In this document: piece by piece, positions 1-11,930 of the stretch
Layout of the letters: every line of letters starts with the position of its first letter
Position numbering within the stretch: the stretch's first letter is position 1
Source: Lama glama
Lineage: Eukaryota
Reading direction: 5' to 3'
Length of the DNA stretch: 64,000 nt
Assembly: GCA_028534125.1 (NCBI GenBank)
Contig: CM052816.1
Location: 10,604,001-10,668,000 of the forward strand
Program-made: the position numbers and the translations under genes
Notes under the pieces: generated by a model
What the model was told of the DNA's origin: nothing
The model's input: the letters and a program-made list of their open reading frames with translations, nothing else
Databases searched by the model: none

Positions 1-260
1 GAATATGAGGTCCTGAAGGAAGCCCACTGCAGCCGGAGCACAGAGACCAAGAAGGAATAGGGCGGAGATTGAGGTTATAGAGAGGTGTGACCGTGCATAT
101 CTCTGTGATGTGAATGATGGAGTTTGGTCTTGATCGAAAGAGCAAATGATCGAAGGGTATGAACTTGAGGGAAGAAACATGACCCTATTTTCAGCATGAG
201 AAGATTGTTCTGATTGCTGTGAGGAGAATAGATGAGAGCTGTTAAGAGGACGTGGATGTA
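1..260 (-). mobile_element. L2 LINE fragment
   Basis: Purine-rich antisense L2 3' region motifs (gaagcccactgcagccggagca..., gattgctgtgaggagaataga). Confidence 0.65.
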
Positions 261-1394
261 TTTTAAGGAGCTGGCCACTCAAAACAGAGCTCGGTGGTCT
301 CTCGAAGCAGCCCTTACTGTTGCAGTGCAGTAGACCTGTAGATGGTTCTGTTTCCACCCCCTAAATTCCTCCAGGTGTATTTGTGTCTTATTAAAACTGT
401 CTCATGAACATGGAAAGCTGGCCATTGTCTTGACATCCAGACGAAGAAATTGTTATTCTCCATGAGTGATGGCAGCAGCATACTCTTCTGGGTTTTGAGG
501 GGGCAGTAGACATTCCAGGCATTGAAAAATAGAGTGTGTTTGCTGTTCCAGATGCAGCACTGGCAAAGCATGTTGTTTAAAAGGAAGAGATAGGCTGTCT
601 TAGGACAAAACCACTGAGAATGTTTTCATATCATGTTTATTCAGCAAGAAATAGCGGCTACATCCAAGCCTCTGGGCAGAATGGTTTACAGGCTCAGCTG
701 TGCCTGTTCATGTATAAACAGCAGGGTGGCCCTCGCAGGGGACAGTTGGCCAAAAGTCAGTCTTATGAGCAAATGTTAAGAAGCCTTGACTGACCTTAGT
801 TATTAATCCATCCTTTCATGGGCTTATAACCCAGATGATCGAATGTCTAGGCATGTGGGTGGGACCCCAAATGTGACATCCTGCCAGAGCCAAGCAGGTA
901 GCATTAATCAAAGAGGATTGATATTGTCTATCTTGAAATGGTGTGTTCCAGTCCTGCCTAAAGGCTACACAACTCAGACATAAATAAATACAGACACAAA
1001 TAAATAATACATAAATACATACATGCATACTGAGCAAGGAAAACAAAGCCAGTGTCCAACGCAGGCCTTTACCTGTTTTCATCTCACTGAAAAGAGTCAT
1101 AGGGTTTCTGTTTGAAACCCTCTGATCAGTCTGGCCCTTTGCAGTGTCCTTGAATCTTACCGCAGTACTCCCGACGAGCTTGCTTCCTGCCCAAGCTGGC
1201 CGTTTAACTTCAGGACAATGCTGACTATGCTTCCATCTTTAAGTTGAATGGAAATCTATTTGTTGAGAACCATCAGTACAATTCCAGAAGTGCACAAGGA
1301 TGGTTTGCACGCCCTGTCCAGGCTAAAGATTTCAAGTTGCTTCAAGTAGCCTTCTGTGACTTCACCTACAATCAAGGGGACAATAAAGAACATT

Positions 1395-1600
1395 TAGGTG
1401 CTAGGCCCTTTTAATGTATTAGCTCATTTAGTTCCAATAACAATCCAGTGACAAGGAAATGTTCATTCTCCCCACTTTACAGACACACTCTGAGGCCCAG
1501 AAAAGTAAATCAAGTGCCCAAAGTTACACAGTTTATAAGCAGCAGAGGTAGGATTTGAACCCAGGGAAGCTCTGGAACCCAGAGCTTTGTTCTCCTCCCT
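1395..1600 (-). mobile_element. MIR SINE
   Basis: Antisense MIR core: ccccactttacaga...tgaggcccaga...gcccaaagttacacag...ggatttgaacccagg. Confidence 0.85.
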
Positions 1601-2094
1601 CCAGTATGGAGGGAAAAGCACAGTTTGCTGTTATAATCTTGCCTCTGACTCTAAGTCCCATCATTTCCCATGGCTAGCTGACTGCTCTTAAGTCTCTGTT
1701 TGTTCACCCATAAGTTAAACCCTGCCTCAGTACTGCAGTGAGAGCATTATAAAATGATGTATGCAAAGCAGCACCATGCCTTGCGTGTCCTGGGCACTCA
1801 TCAAAGGCTAATTGGATAAATAAAGATATGAATAAATAAATGAAGGCCTTCTGGGCCTGCCTTTCCAAGCAAAGCCTTTTTACTTGGCCCCAGTTCTCAA
1901 GCAAAATATCTATCTTATGTTGTCTTTGGGAGGTCAGCCAGGAGCAGGAAGTCACAGCATAAACAAAGCACAATAGCCTGGAATGAAAATAGAGGTATAA
2001 TATATTATCCCCACACATCATTGCTCCCCTTCCACCAATCCAGACGAGCCTAGAAGTAAAGCAATCGAGCTACAAGACGGTGGCCATTCGAATT

Positions 2095-2620
2095 GTGTCA
2101 TGTCTCTGTTCAAACCCCACCAATGAATGGTTTCCCATTTTATGCAGGAAAATTTTAAGCCCTTCCATGACCTACAAGGCCTGGGGGATCAGCGTCCCTA
2201 GTCTCTCTTGTCACTTTGCTCTTGACTCCACACCATCTACACTGGCCTCCTTGCTGGTCCTCAAGGACCAGGGTCTTTGTACTTGTCATTCCCTCTTACT
2301 GGAATATGTTCTTCCCCCAACCACACAATCCTTTCCCTTCTTTCTTTTAAGGCTTTGCACGAAAGTCATCCTTCAGGTAGGCCTTCCTGCCTACCTCACC
2401 TGACAAGGCATGCCTCCCCAGCACTTAACCTTCCTTTTAATTGGCAGATTTCCTCGCTGCTTCACTTGTCACCTGCTTGCATTTGTTTATCATCATTTCC
2501 CCTCGTTAGACTATCAGTTCCATGAGAGCAGGTGCTTTGAGCCTTTGCTCCCCATTGTAACTGGCATGCAGTCAGTGATGATAAAAATAATAAGTAAATG
2601 AAAACAAATGATGAATCATC
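2095..2620 (+). mobile_element. L2 (L2a-like) 3' end
   Basis: acactggcctccttgctggtcctcaa, ttagactatcagttccatgagagcagg, decayed (tgaa)n terminus. Confidence 0.8.
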
Positions 2621-2685
2621 ATGGTTGGCGGCAAGAGCAGGCAAGTGGAGTGACCCGCAAGATGTGTGCCTTCCTTCCTCTAGGA

Positions 2686-2881
2686 CAGTGGCTCTCAAAT
2701 GCTAGCACACATAAGATGAACTAGAGTGCTTGGTTTCAAATGTATTTTGTGGGGGCTCACAGACTCTGCTAAAATTCTGACTCAGTACATCCAGAGTGGA
2801 GCCCAAGAACCTCCATTTTGAAGAAGCGCTCTAGCACCTGTTGAAGAAGGAACCTCAAGGGCAGTCCTTCAAGAAACACTG
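2686..2881. mobile_element. MER5-family hAT-Charlie DNA element
   Basis: Terminal inverted repeats cagtggctctcaa / caagaaacactg; 8-bp TSD ctctagga (2678-2685) vs ccctagga (2882-2889). Confidence 0.8.
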
Positions 2882-3021
2882 CCCTAGGATAACAGAAAGT
2901 AAAGAAGATATGAGCAACACTGCTGAAGGCTGCGTGGTTTCCTTCCTCTCTCCATATCAGCCCAAGTTGCGGAAACTAGATTTCAAGTCAGGGAGCAATG
3001 CTGGTCAAGAGGAAGGGGTAA

Positions 3022-3410
3022 CAAAGGGCATTATTTCATTCTTTTTTATGACTAAGTAGTATTCCATTATATATAATATATATATTTTATGTATATATCT
3101 CACAACTTCTTCATCCAGTCATCTGTCGATGGACATGTAGGTTGCTTCCATGTCTTAGCTATTGTAAATAGTGCTGCTATGAACACTGGGGTGTGTGTAT
3201 CTTTTCAAATTAGATATATGCCCAGGAGTAGGATTGCTGGGTCATATGGTAACTCTCTTTTTAGGTTTATTTAAGGGTTCTTGTAATAACCTATAATGAA
3301 AAAGAATATGAAAAATAATATATGTAAATATGTATAACTAAGCTGCACACCAGAAACTAACACAACATTGTAATTCAACTACACTTCAGTTCAAGAAAGA
3401 GAGAGAAAAG
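3022..3410 (+). mobile_element. Young L1 with 5' inversion (3022-3276 antisense ORF2 end; 3279-3410 sense 3'UTR)
   Basis: Antisense catccagtcatctgtcgatggacat...gattgctgggtcatatggta abuts sense caccagaaactaacacaacattgtaa plus A-rich tail. Confidence 0.85.
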
Positions 3411-3679
3411 GGGGGTTAGGTGCACTGTTTATAAATTCCCTGATTCCACATCCCAGTTGGAAACTGCAGGGCTACAGGCCTGCAGGAGATGGATCTTAGA
3501 GGTGAACTCAGAAACAAAGGGGCAACACTCATTTCTTCCCTTGCCTGTGCACAGGGTGGTTTTCTGAATGGCTGCTGCAGCCTGTGAGTGGGACAGGGCA
3601 CCACCTTGGTCCTGGTAATTTGAGTCAAACCAGATGGAGAACCAGAGCTGGCAGAGACAGGGAAGACCTTTTCACGGCC

Positions 3680-3775
3680 CTGCCTTCCATCTTGCAGAGA
3701 TACGAAGTGAACTGCCCAAGAACACAGTGCTAATTAGTGTTAGAGCTGGGACTGAAACCCAGTCTGTGGCTTCAC
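3680..3775 (-). mobile_element. MIR fragment
   Basis: gaagtgaactgcccaagaacacag...agagctgggactgaaacccag. Confidence 0.7.
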
Positions 3776-4929
3776 TGTGGTGTCTTGACCTCAGTGCCCC
3801 TTTGAAACTGACTTGACCCTTCCTAACAATCCTATGAATATGTTAGAATGATGGACTGACCCGAGTAGAGATTCTATATGGAAGAGGGGAAAAAAGCCCT
3901 GCAGGCTGCACTGTAAACAGCCTACTTCCTTTGGCACCACAGGCGTGTGTCTTGATAAGCCCTCAGGAGAGAACCAGCTTCGAGGTACTTTTAAATGGCT
4001 GAGCAAAGTATGTGTAATGGCCCTATTATTTTCCAGTTTTTAAAAGGAAGCTCATTTTCCTTTGAGATTGGCCCTATTTACACACAGAATCAGTTGAAAA
4101 GACTATTATCTGGTATTAAGCTTTCAAGAATATTCTCATAAGTGCTGTCTTACCCCCATTGTGTACCTAATAAGATAGCTCAGAACCATGTAATATGTGT
4201 TTCCCCAAATTGTGCCTCTTTAATGCCACTAAGCGATGAGCCAAATTTGACCAGGACTACGGGAGTGGGGGCAATGCCCAAACCAATTCTCCTCCAGTTC
4301 CTCCTACTCCAGTCTCAGACATGCCACTGCGCTAACTTGCATTTTTCTCTTCCCTGTCTAACTGACCCCAGCGAAGCTTACTGTACATGCTGGGAACAGC
4401 CTCCTCCAAATTCACTTCATTTGCACTCATTTCCAGTCTTCTCTTTAGAAATGGTATTTTTGGCTCCACTTCAGATATATACAAATTGAGATGATAAATG
4501 GGAATGATCCTCTAGGTGAAGCAGTGGCCAAGGCTTTAGTTACAATTTTCTACTGATCCTCAGACATGCTCTGGGCATCAAACAAAATTATTTATTTTTT
4601 GGTACTGCACTATATCAGCACAGACCTCAGTGAACTGATTAAAGTGTGAGCCTCCTGAGAATGCTCAACCTTCATTTAAAGAACCATGTCCCCAGCAGGA
4701 CCTGATTTTACAACGTGGAAGAAAGATACTTCCTCTGTGTCTTTTAGCTGCTTAAAAGGTGGGCTCCCACACCTGGCAACTTAACTGAGTGAATAACTGA
4801 AATAAGGTATGTTCTCAGCAGCTGGAACAGTACCTGAGACTCAGCAGGAACTTGGTAAACATTTGTTCCATCCTGGTCTTTCACCTGCTTTGTCTGCAGA
4901 GACAACTGAGTGTTGGCTCATTTTCTGGT

Positions 4930-5070
4930 CCATTCATTAAATATTTCTTCGGTACCTAATACACGTTTGTTGTGGTTCCAAATCCTGAGTATCCAGGGGT
5001 GTAAAGACAGATGGATCCCTGCTCTTATGGACCTTAAATTCTGGTGGGGTAAGACAAATGATAAACCTTT
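4930..5070 (-). mobile_element. L2 3' end fragment
   Basis: cattcattaaatattt...gacagatggatccctgctcttatggacctt. Confidence 0.65.
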
Positions 5071-5484
5071 ATGAGCATTAGACCCAAAGTAAGATGGAAA
5101 CCCAAACTAAACAAGATCAAACAAGGAGATGCAGATAAAATTTAAATGATGACTTTGCAGAGACCTAACTATAGAATACCCTCCAAATCAGTCTTCTGGA
5201 AAGTAAGCTTCATACCGGGTCTCCTTGGCAGCCCTCAGAGCATTCATAGCTCATGCTGGGTGCTTATTGGCAAGGATTTCTCAGGTCTCCAGTGCAATCT
5301 CTCCTTTGCCAGCTGGTTCTCTAATTCTGCATAGAATAGTGGACACATGTGGCCAGTGGCACGCTCTTACCTAGCAGTAAAGCCCTCTGGGGGAGCATTA
5401 ATTCCTTCAGATGTTTTTAAAGCCTCTGTGTGGGACCAGGCAGGGATCAGGCTCTGGAGAAATTTCAAGAAGGAAACAAAGCAG

Positions 5485-5810
5485 CTGCTGCTCCTGGCCT
5501 CGTGGTGCTTCCATTCTAGCAGGGAAAACAGATAACCACAAGTAGACATCAGTAACCAGGAACTTTAACATAGTGACCAGGGCTGGGAAGAAAATACAAA
5601 TAGGATAAATAGCATAGTGAGTAACCTGGGAACGCTGGCCTGATAGGAATAGGGTGGACAGAGAGGGTTTTATGGAAGAAAGACTTTGAGCTGAGGCATG
5701 ACTGATGGCTCTTTGCCAGCCATGCAAACAGCCCAGGGAAGAGTCTTCCAGGCAGAGGGACTTGCAACTGCGAAGACATGGAGGTAGGAATAACTTGGGG
5801 GTCTTGGTGG
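5485..5810 (-). mobile_element. L2 fragment
   Basis: cctggcctcgtggtgcttccattctag, gactttgagctgag, gagtcttccaggcagaggga. Confidence 0.75.
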
Positions 5811-5850
5811 AATATCATACCCTTTTGTGGTAGACTTTGTAGCTTTCTTT

Positions 5851-6754
5851 TTTAAATATATATATATATATATGTAATTGAAGTATAGTCAGTTTGAAAT
5901 GTGTCAATTTCTGGTGTACAGCACAATGCTTCAGTCATATATGAACATACATATTCTTTTTCACTATTAGTTACTACAAGATATTGAATATAAGTCCCTG
6001 TGCTATACAGTATGAACTTATTGTTTATCTATTATATATATATTAGCATCTGCAAATCTAGAACTCCCAGTCTATCCCATCCTACACCCTACCCCTCCAC
6101 CCACCCCATAACCATAAGTTTGTTTTCTGTATCTGTGAGTCTGTTTCTGTTTCGTAAATAAGTTCATTTTTTTTTAGATTCCATATATAAGTGATATAAT
6201 ATGGTATTTTTCTTTCTTTCTGGCTTGCTTCACTTAGAATGACAATCTCTAAGTCCATCCATGATGCTGTAAATGGCATTATTTTATTCTTTTTTTATGA
6301 CTGAGTAGTATTCTATTGTATAAATATACCACAGCTTCTTTATCCAATCATCTGTCGATGGACATTTTGGTTCCATGTCTTGGCTATTGTATATAGTGCT
6401 GCTGTGAACATTGGGGTGCATATATCTTTTTGAATTAAAGTTCCCTCTGGATATATGCCCAGGAGTGGGATTGCTGGATCATATGATATGTCTATTTTTA
6501 GTTTTTTAAGGAATCTCCATACTGTTTTCTATAATGGCTGCACCAAACTACATTCCCACCAGCAGTGTAGGAGGGTTCCCTTTTCTCCATAGCCTCTCCA
6601 GCATTTGTCAGTTGTAGACCTTTTAATGATGACTGGTGTGAGGTGATACCTCATTGTAGTTTTATTTGCAGTTCTCCACTGAAGACCTACAAATGGCCAA
6701 CAGGCACATGAAAAAATGTTCAGTATCGCTAATTATTAGAGAAATGCAAGTTGA
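5851..6754 (-). mobile_element. Young (camelid-type) L1, 5'-truncated with twin-priming inversion
   Basis: Perfect 19-bp TSD agactttgtagctttcttt (5832-5850, 6755-6773); antisense 3'UTR/ORF2 end to ~6670; inverted ORF2 piece ~6671-6749 encoding [26 protein letters not shown]. Confidence 0.95.
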
Positions 6755-6920
6755 AGACTTTGTAGCTTTCTTTAAAAATAATCATCTCAAATACGTAAGT
6801 CCTATCATTCATTATATGTCTCAAAGAAGCATATACCAGTTTTTATACTGGTAGTTTAAAAACTTTGGATCCCAGATACAGTGTCCTTAACTCTACAAGG
6901 GAATAACTTAATCATTTCTC

Positions 6921-7135
6921 CTTGGAGTCAGGTGGCCTGGGTCCCGTACTGAAATTTGCATCTGCTAGCTGAGTGTCTTTCGGCAGCTTACTTAATCTTT
7001 CTGTGCCTTATTTGCCGTAAAAGGGGGATGAGAATAGTGCCTGTTGCATGGCAGTCTTCTGATAATAAATGAAGATAATGACCATAAAGTGCTTACCAGC
7101 CCATGGCAATTGCTCACAGCATGTTGGCTATTATA
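6921..7135 (+). mobile_element. MIR SINE
   Basis: ttggagtcag...ttacttaatctttctgtgcct...taaagtgctta...tgttggctattat. Confidence 0.8.
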
Positions 7136-7349
7136 ATCCCACCATCATTTCCTCTAGAAGTTCACTTTCTTGATCACTTTTGCCCTCTTTTTATTCCACC
7201 AGCCACTCATTGAATAGATTCCTGAACAATCCAGTGGAAGAAAATTTCCCCAAATTTTGATGACTTAGCACCATTGAAATCCTTGACTACTTTTCAGTGG
7301 TGAGGGCTGGCCTCGTGAAATCCTTCTTAAACTAATTCTAGACCCTAGA

Positions 7350-7610
7350 TGATGCTTTCCTCAGGGAAGATAGTTGGGACCAAACTGCATCAATAGTGCT
7401 CTCCCATCATTCTTTTTCTCCTTGCCCTACTTTTTCTTAGCATGTATTGCCACCAGTCATAATATACATGTGTTTATTATGACACGCAACCTACGAGAGA
7501 GGAAGCTCTAAGGAAACAAAGACTTGTTTGACTTGTTCAAAGCACCATCCCCAGTTCCCTCTCACAGTGTTCAGACAGTAGCACTCAGTAACTGCTTGAT
7601 GATTGAATTA
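7350..7610 (+). mobile_element. L2 3' end
   Basis: cttgttcaaagcaccatccccag...cacagtgttcagacagtagcactcagtaa...gattgaat. Confidence 0.65.
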
Positions 7611-7782
7611 CATATCTACACACCCCTAGGAAAATACGATGGAGTGGGTTGCTAATGAGTCAAAGAGCCTTGCTTCCAAAAACAGCCCATATTTTGAATA
7701 CAATCAGAGTTGCCAGCTTCTCAGTGACCCAGGAGAGCAATGATGCACTGGGAGGATCTGATCCAAATAATACAAAATATTA

Positions 7783-7910
7783 CATTCATTTATTATTCAT
7801 ATATTCATTCGACAAACACTTACTAGGTCCTGACTTCGTGCCAGGATACTGGTACGCAATGGTAAATGAAACAGACATGGTCCCTGCCCTCAGGAGATTA
7901 GAGCCTTGTA
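7783..7910 (-). mobile_element. L2 3' end
   Basis: cattcattcgacaaacacttactag...aaacagacatggtccctgccctcaggag. Confidence 0.8.
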
Positions 7911-8784
7911 ATTAATCTTGTTAATTTTGATAAAAAGTATCTCACCACCAGTTTCAGCAATATCATATTTTCCTGTGAATCTGAAGATTAGAACTTAGAG
8001 AATAAAGTAAAACCTCCTGGCAGTGTGCCAGTGAGTGGGCAGTCGGGAAATGCTATTCCTGGCCTGAGTCGTCTCTCCTCACCCCACTCCTGGGGGCCTG
8101 GTGGTTTGCAGTGCTGTTGTCCAGATGTCATGCACGTACACTCCCCCGGTGGCACACAACGGTGTCTCAGCCTATACACACACGTGTACACACACACCAC
8201 CCAGTGTCAAACTCTCAACTGCACCGTAAACCTGTCCTGAGGAACTAGAAATAAAATCCTAGGTGGCAGAAAGAGCATAAGGTAGGTGAGAATGAGGATT
8301 TGCCCATCCCAATACCTCTTTCTCCACGTAGTATCACACCCTCGATTTGCCAGCTGCTTGTTTGTGGGACAGACTAGATTGTGTTGAGGAAAAGTCGCTT
8401 TTAGAAAGGAGGCGAAGGCAACTACGTACAAGGAAGTTTCAGAGTGTGTGGGGGCAGGGAATCTAGTCTGTATGTATGATCTCCCAGATTCAAGCATGGC
8501 TTCCCATCCGACTTGCTTTTTGTCCGCAAGTTACTCTCTTGGAGCTCAGTTTCCCTTAGATAGTGGTGTCGAGAGTCACTCTGTCTTGAGCCTGGTCTGC
8601 TCTCGACACTGGGGTGCTATCTAAGTGAGCCTGTGGAATAGCCTCATGCATGGACCATTGATCTCCCAGACTCTTGTGTTGTGATGTAACTGTTTCTTAC
8701 CTACGTCTATGTTTTTTTCCCCCAAAGAAACTGTAGGTTCCTTGAAGAGTTGTATTTTGCCATGTTTGGACTCTCACGTTAGAC

Positions 8785-8990
8785 TGTCTGGGGTCACCTG
8801 ACACTACTGCCCACTGACCTGAACAATTACTTAACCTCTCTGACATCTAGTCTGCTCATTTGTAAAACTGGGCTTATAATAATCCCTTCCTCAAAGGGTT
8901 GGTGTGAAATTAGGTGAGCTAATTCACAGAAAGTGCTTAGCAAAATTCCTGACACATTTAAATCATGTGATACTATTTGCCAGTGATCTC
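8785..8990 (+). mobile_element. MIR SINE
   Basis: ttacttaacctctctg...ctcatttgtaaaactggg...aaagtgcttagca. Confidence 0.8.
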
Positions 8991-9200
8991 TTTAATATTT
9001 TGCACCCACCACTGGCTGATCTAGACACAAATTAATCCATCAGTAAATTGTTACTGATTCAAAAAACAGCCTTCCTAACGATATGATTGTATGACTGCAT
9101 TTAATGGATTTGAGGCCAAGGCTGATTATCCTTTTTTATTATATTAAAAAATACCCCACATTTTATACCCTAAGGTATTAAATTAGAAAATAAAAATTCT

Positions 9201-9278
9201 TCCACCAGAAATTGACACAACACTGTAAACTGACTGTATTTCAATTTAAAAAAAGAAAGTTATGGTACAATCATTAAA
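9201..9278 (+). mobile_element. Very short young L1 3' end
   Basis: caccagaaattgacacaacactgtaaactgact matches other L1 tails in the window; TSD aaaataaaaattct (9187-9200) vs aaaattaaaattct (9279-9292). Confidence 0.8.
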
Positions 9279-9811
9279 AAAATTAAAATTCTAAGTAAAA
9301 ATGTGTTGAACAAAAGCAACAATTAAAAAAAATGCTCTGCTAAGTGCATCAACATGATTCTAACTTCATGATGCCGAACAACCAGATAGAAAATTTAAAT
9401 TTTAGCCAATTGCTTAGACATCTGAACTCTCCTTTTCCTTCAGTCTTCACCAAGACAGTTGAGGTTGTGTGGTCTTTTATCTTCCTGAGAGTTTCCTGAA
9501 CTCTTTCTCTCTTCCTGGTCTCTTCCACTTCAGACTGTACACTTCTTGGTGGTACGTCAATGAGTTTCTGCTTCGCATATAATTTTGTTTCTTGGATAAC
9601 AGAATGAACTGGTCAAGCTAAGCCCCAAGATTAATTGAGCGAACAGAGTCAGCCTTTCTGATTTTCCTGAACTCAAAGCCTTGAGTCCACTAATTAGAGT
9701 TGTTCTAGCAGAAGAGGATGGCTTTGGTTTGCTCTTCATTTGGGGGGTGATGCTAAATTAGCTGAGTTCAGAGTTTGCTATCAAAGTTTTATCTGATCAT
9801 GTTGATATGAA

Positions 9812-9855
9812 TCTCTCTCTCTCTCTCTCCACCCCACCCCCCACCCACCCCACCA
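9812..9855. repeat. (CT)n microsatellite plus CCCCA-type run
   Basis: Directly visible; G-quadruplex-type G-runs on the minus strand. Confidence 0.85.
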
Positions 9856-10309
9856 TCACTGATGATCGCAAGGACTGTAGAGGGAGTTGAGGGAAATAAC
9901 AGTGATCCCAAATTTCTCCTTATACTGGTTTCTTGGTTCCTTAAATTTACTTGAGAAAGTAAAATAGAATATTGGTTAGTTTTGTGGCCTTGAGAAAGTA
10001 ATGGAAACATGCCAAACTTCAGATTTATGAAGTACGGATTATATAATAGGATCTATTGCAGACGGTTGGTGTAATAAATGAGATAATCCAGCACACTGTC
10101 TGGCACCAATAAGAGATCAATAGATACTAAATCATTTTAATTACAAGAAGTTGGTAATAGTTCTGTAAAGAGGGAGGATAGGCCAGGGAGAAAATTATGG
10201 ATTTTAAGCTTACTCCATTTCTTTTTTAAGTAAAGAAAGAATGAACAGAGACTTCCCAGATAGGAGACATTTTGAGCAGCAGTGGTATGAGAGACTGAGT
10301 TTCTCCTTT

Positions 10310-11280
10310 CAGTTTATTCATTCACTTATATGTTCCACAAATAAGTAATGAGCATCTATTGTGTGTTCTATATTGTTTTTGATGCTGGCAGAATGGTAGG
10401 GAACAAGATAATCAAAAGAAAAAAATTCAGTAAATAAGAGAAATTCATTTGGCTATCAGAACTGTGAAGGATATAATACAGGACAATGAGATAATGGAAA
10501 ATGAAGTGGCCATGGATAGGATGGTTAGGGAAACTGGAGGCTTGAAAGCTATAAGGTCTTCAACCACAGAAAAACCAGGGAAGGGGAACTTCCAGACAGA
10601 GGGAACAGTAATTCAGAGTGGCCTTAAGCTTGCTATGTTATCATAAAGGAAGCAGGGCAGTGTGGCCAGAGCTTAGTTAGTAAAGCAGAGAGTGGAGAGA
10701 CCCACAGTCATTATAGAGGAGGGCAGGGGCCAGACCATGTATGGCCTCAGAAGCTATGATGAAGAGCTTGGTTTTTTTTTCAGGTGTAATAGGAAGCCTT
10801 GGGTGATTAAAAAGAGGACAGGGATGGGGGGAAGGTATAGCTCAAGTGGTTGAGCACATGCTTACCATGCACTAGGTCCTGGGTGCAATCCTCAGTATCT
10901 TCATTAAAAATAAACCTAATTACCCCCCCAAAAACCCTCTAAAATAATATGACAATAAATAAATAAAAATAATAAATAAAAATATTTGAAAAATTAAAAA
11001 AAATAAAAGAGCACAGGGATATATAATATTCTATGTTCTTTCTAAATACCACTTTGGCTACTGTGTGGAGAATCCAGGGAGGCTCTCACAGCTGACAGGA
11101 ATGGGAGGAAGGAGGCTTGGATTAGGAGGCAGCAGAGGTAATGAAGAGCAAAGAATGGTTTGGGGTGAATGATTTTGGAGAGAGAGTTGATAGGGTTGCC
11201 GGTGGATTGGATAAGCAAGTGTGGTGTGAATGAGGGATATGAGTGATATCCCCAGAATGCAGGCTGACTTGCTGTGTAGG
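10310..11280 (-). mobile_element. L2 element interrupted by a SINE
   Basis: tttattcattcac terminus; ggcagtgtggccagagc, gggcaggggccagaccatgt, cactttggctactgtgtggagaat are colinear across the SINE. Confidence 0.8.
10826..11004 (+). mobile_element. tRNA-Ala-derived SINE (camelid vic-1 type)
   Basis: tRNA-Ala-like head ggtatagctcaagtggttgagcacatgcttaccatgcactaggtcctgggtgcaatcc, A-rich tail, TSD aaaagaggacagggat (10810-10825) vs aaaagagcacagggat (11005-11020). Confidence 0.9.
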
Positions 11281-11389
11281 CTTACATGTAACCGAGAATG
11301 AGGGTGAAACCTCAAACCACCCACATCCCTCCCAACTCCACTCCAGCCAAATGTCATCTCAAGAAACAGAGGCACAGTCTTCTCACCTT

Positions 11390-11930
11390 CATTCCACAAA
11401 TAGTCACTCAGTTCCTTTTACTACGCTCTGGAACAAAATATGGGTACTGGCCGAACAGTAGCAAGCAAAACAGACATACCTCTGTTCTAACGGGACTTAT
11501 ATTCCAACAAGAGGAAGCAGACTATAAATCATAAGTACACAGAATGATATATCGAACACCTAAAGCCTCTACTGATAAAAATAAGAGCAGAATGATGTGT
11601 TAGTACTTGCTGGGTTGCTACAGTACAATAGTTGTTTCAGGAGGGCCTGTATACAGACTTCTGTTTAAAGGGATTAACTGTGAGTTACGTATTACGTATT
11701 GATCAGGGGACATCAAATAGGTCACTGGATATCTGAGTCTGGAATATTAGCAAGAAAACAGAGTTAGAAGAAGAGGAGGTATTTAAAGCCATGAGCCTGG
11801 GTGATCATTAGAGGAAAATTAAAGCTTGTTCTCAATAGAATAGAAAGAGGCCCAAGATCAAGCCCTGGGAAGTTTCCAGTATTTATAGGTTGTACAGATG
11901 AAGAACCAGCAAAGGAGACTGGGGCATCCA
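11390..11930 (-). mobile_element. L2 fragments
   Basis: aaaacagacatacctctgttctaacgggactt; ggatatctgagtctggaa; ggtatttaaagccatgag; gaaccagcaaaggagactg. Confidence 0.75.

Noticed and set aside
1208..1414. Stop-free plus frame (DNADYASIFKLNGNLFVENHQ...)
   Set aside because: No recognisable family, weak splice signals, and a length expected by chance in 64 kb x 6 frames
9348..9612. Stop-free minus frame with a charged stretch (QSEVEETRKRERVQETLRK)
   Set aside because: Explained by purine-rich composition; no recognisable homology or convincing splice sites
10826..10903. Possible tRNA-Ala gene
   Set aside because: Broken stems, anticodon and B box, with an A-rich tail and TSD; it is a SINE head
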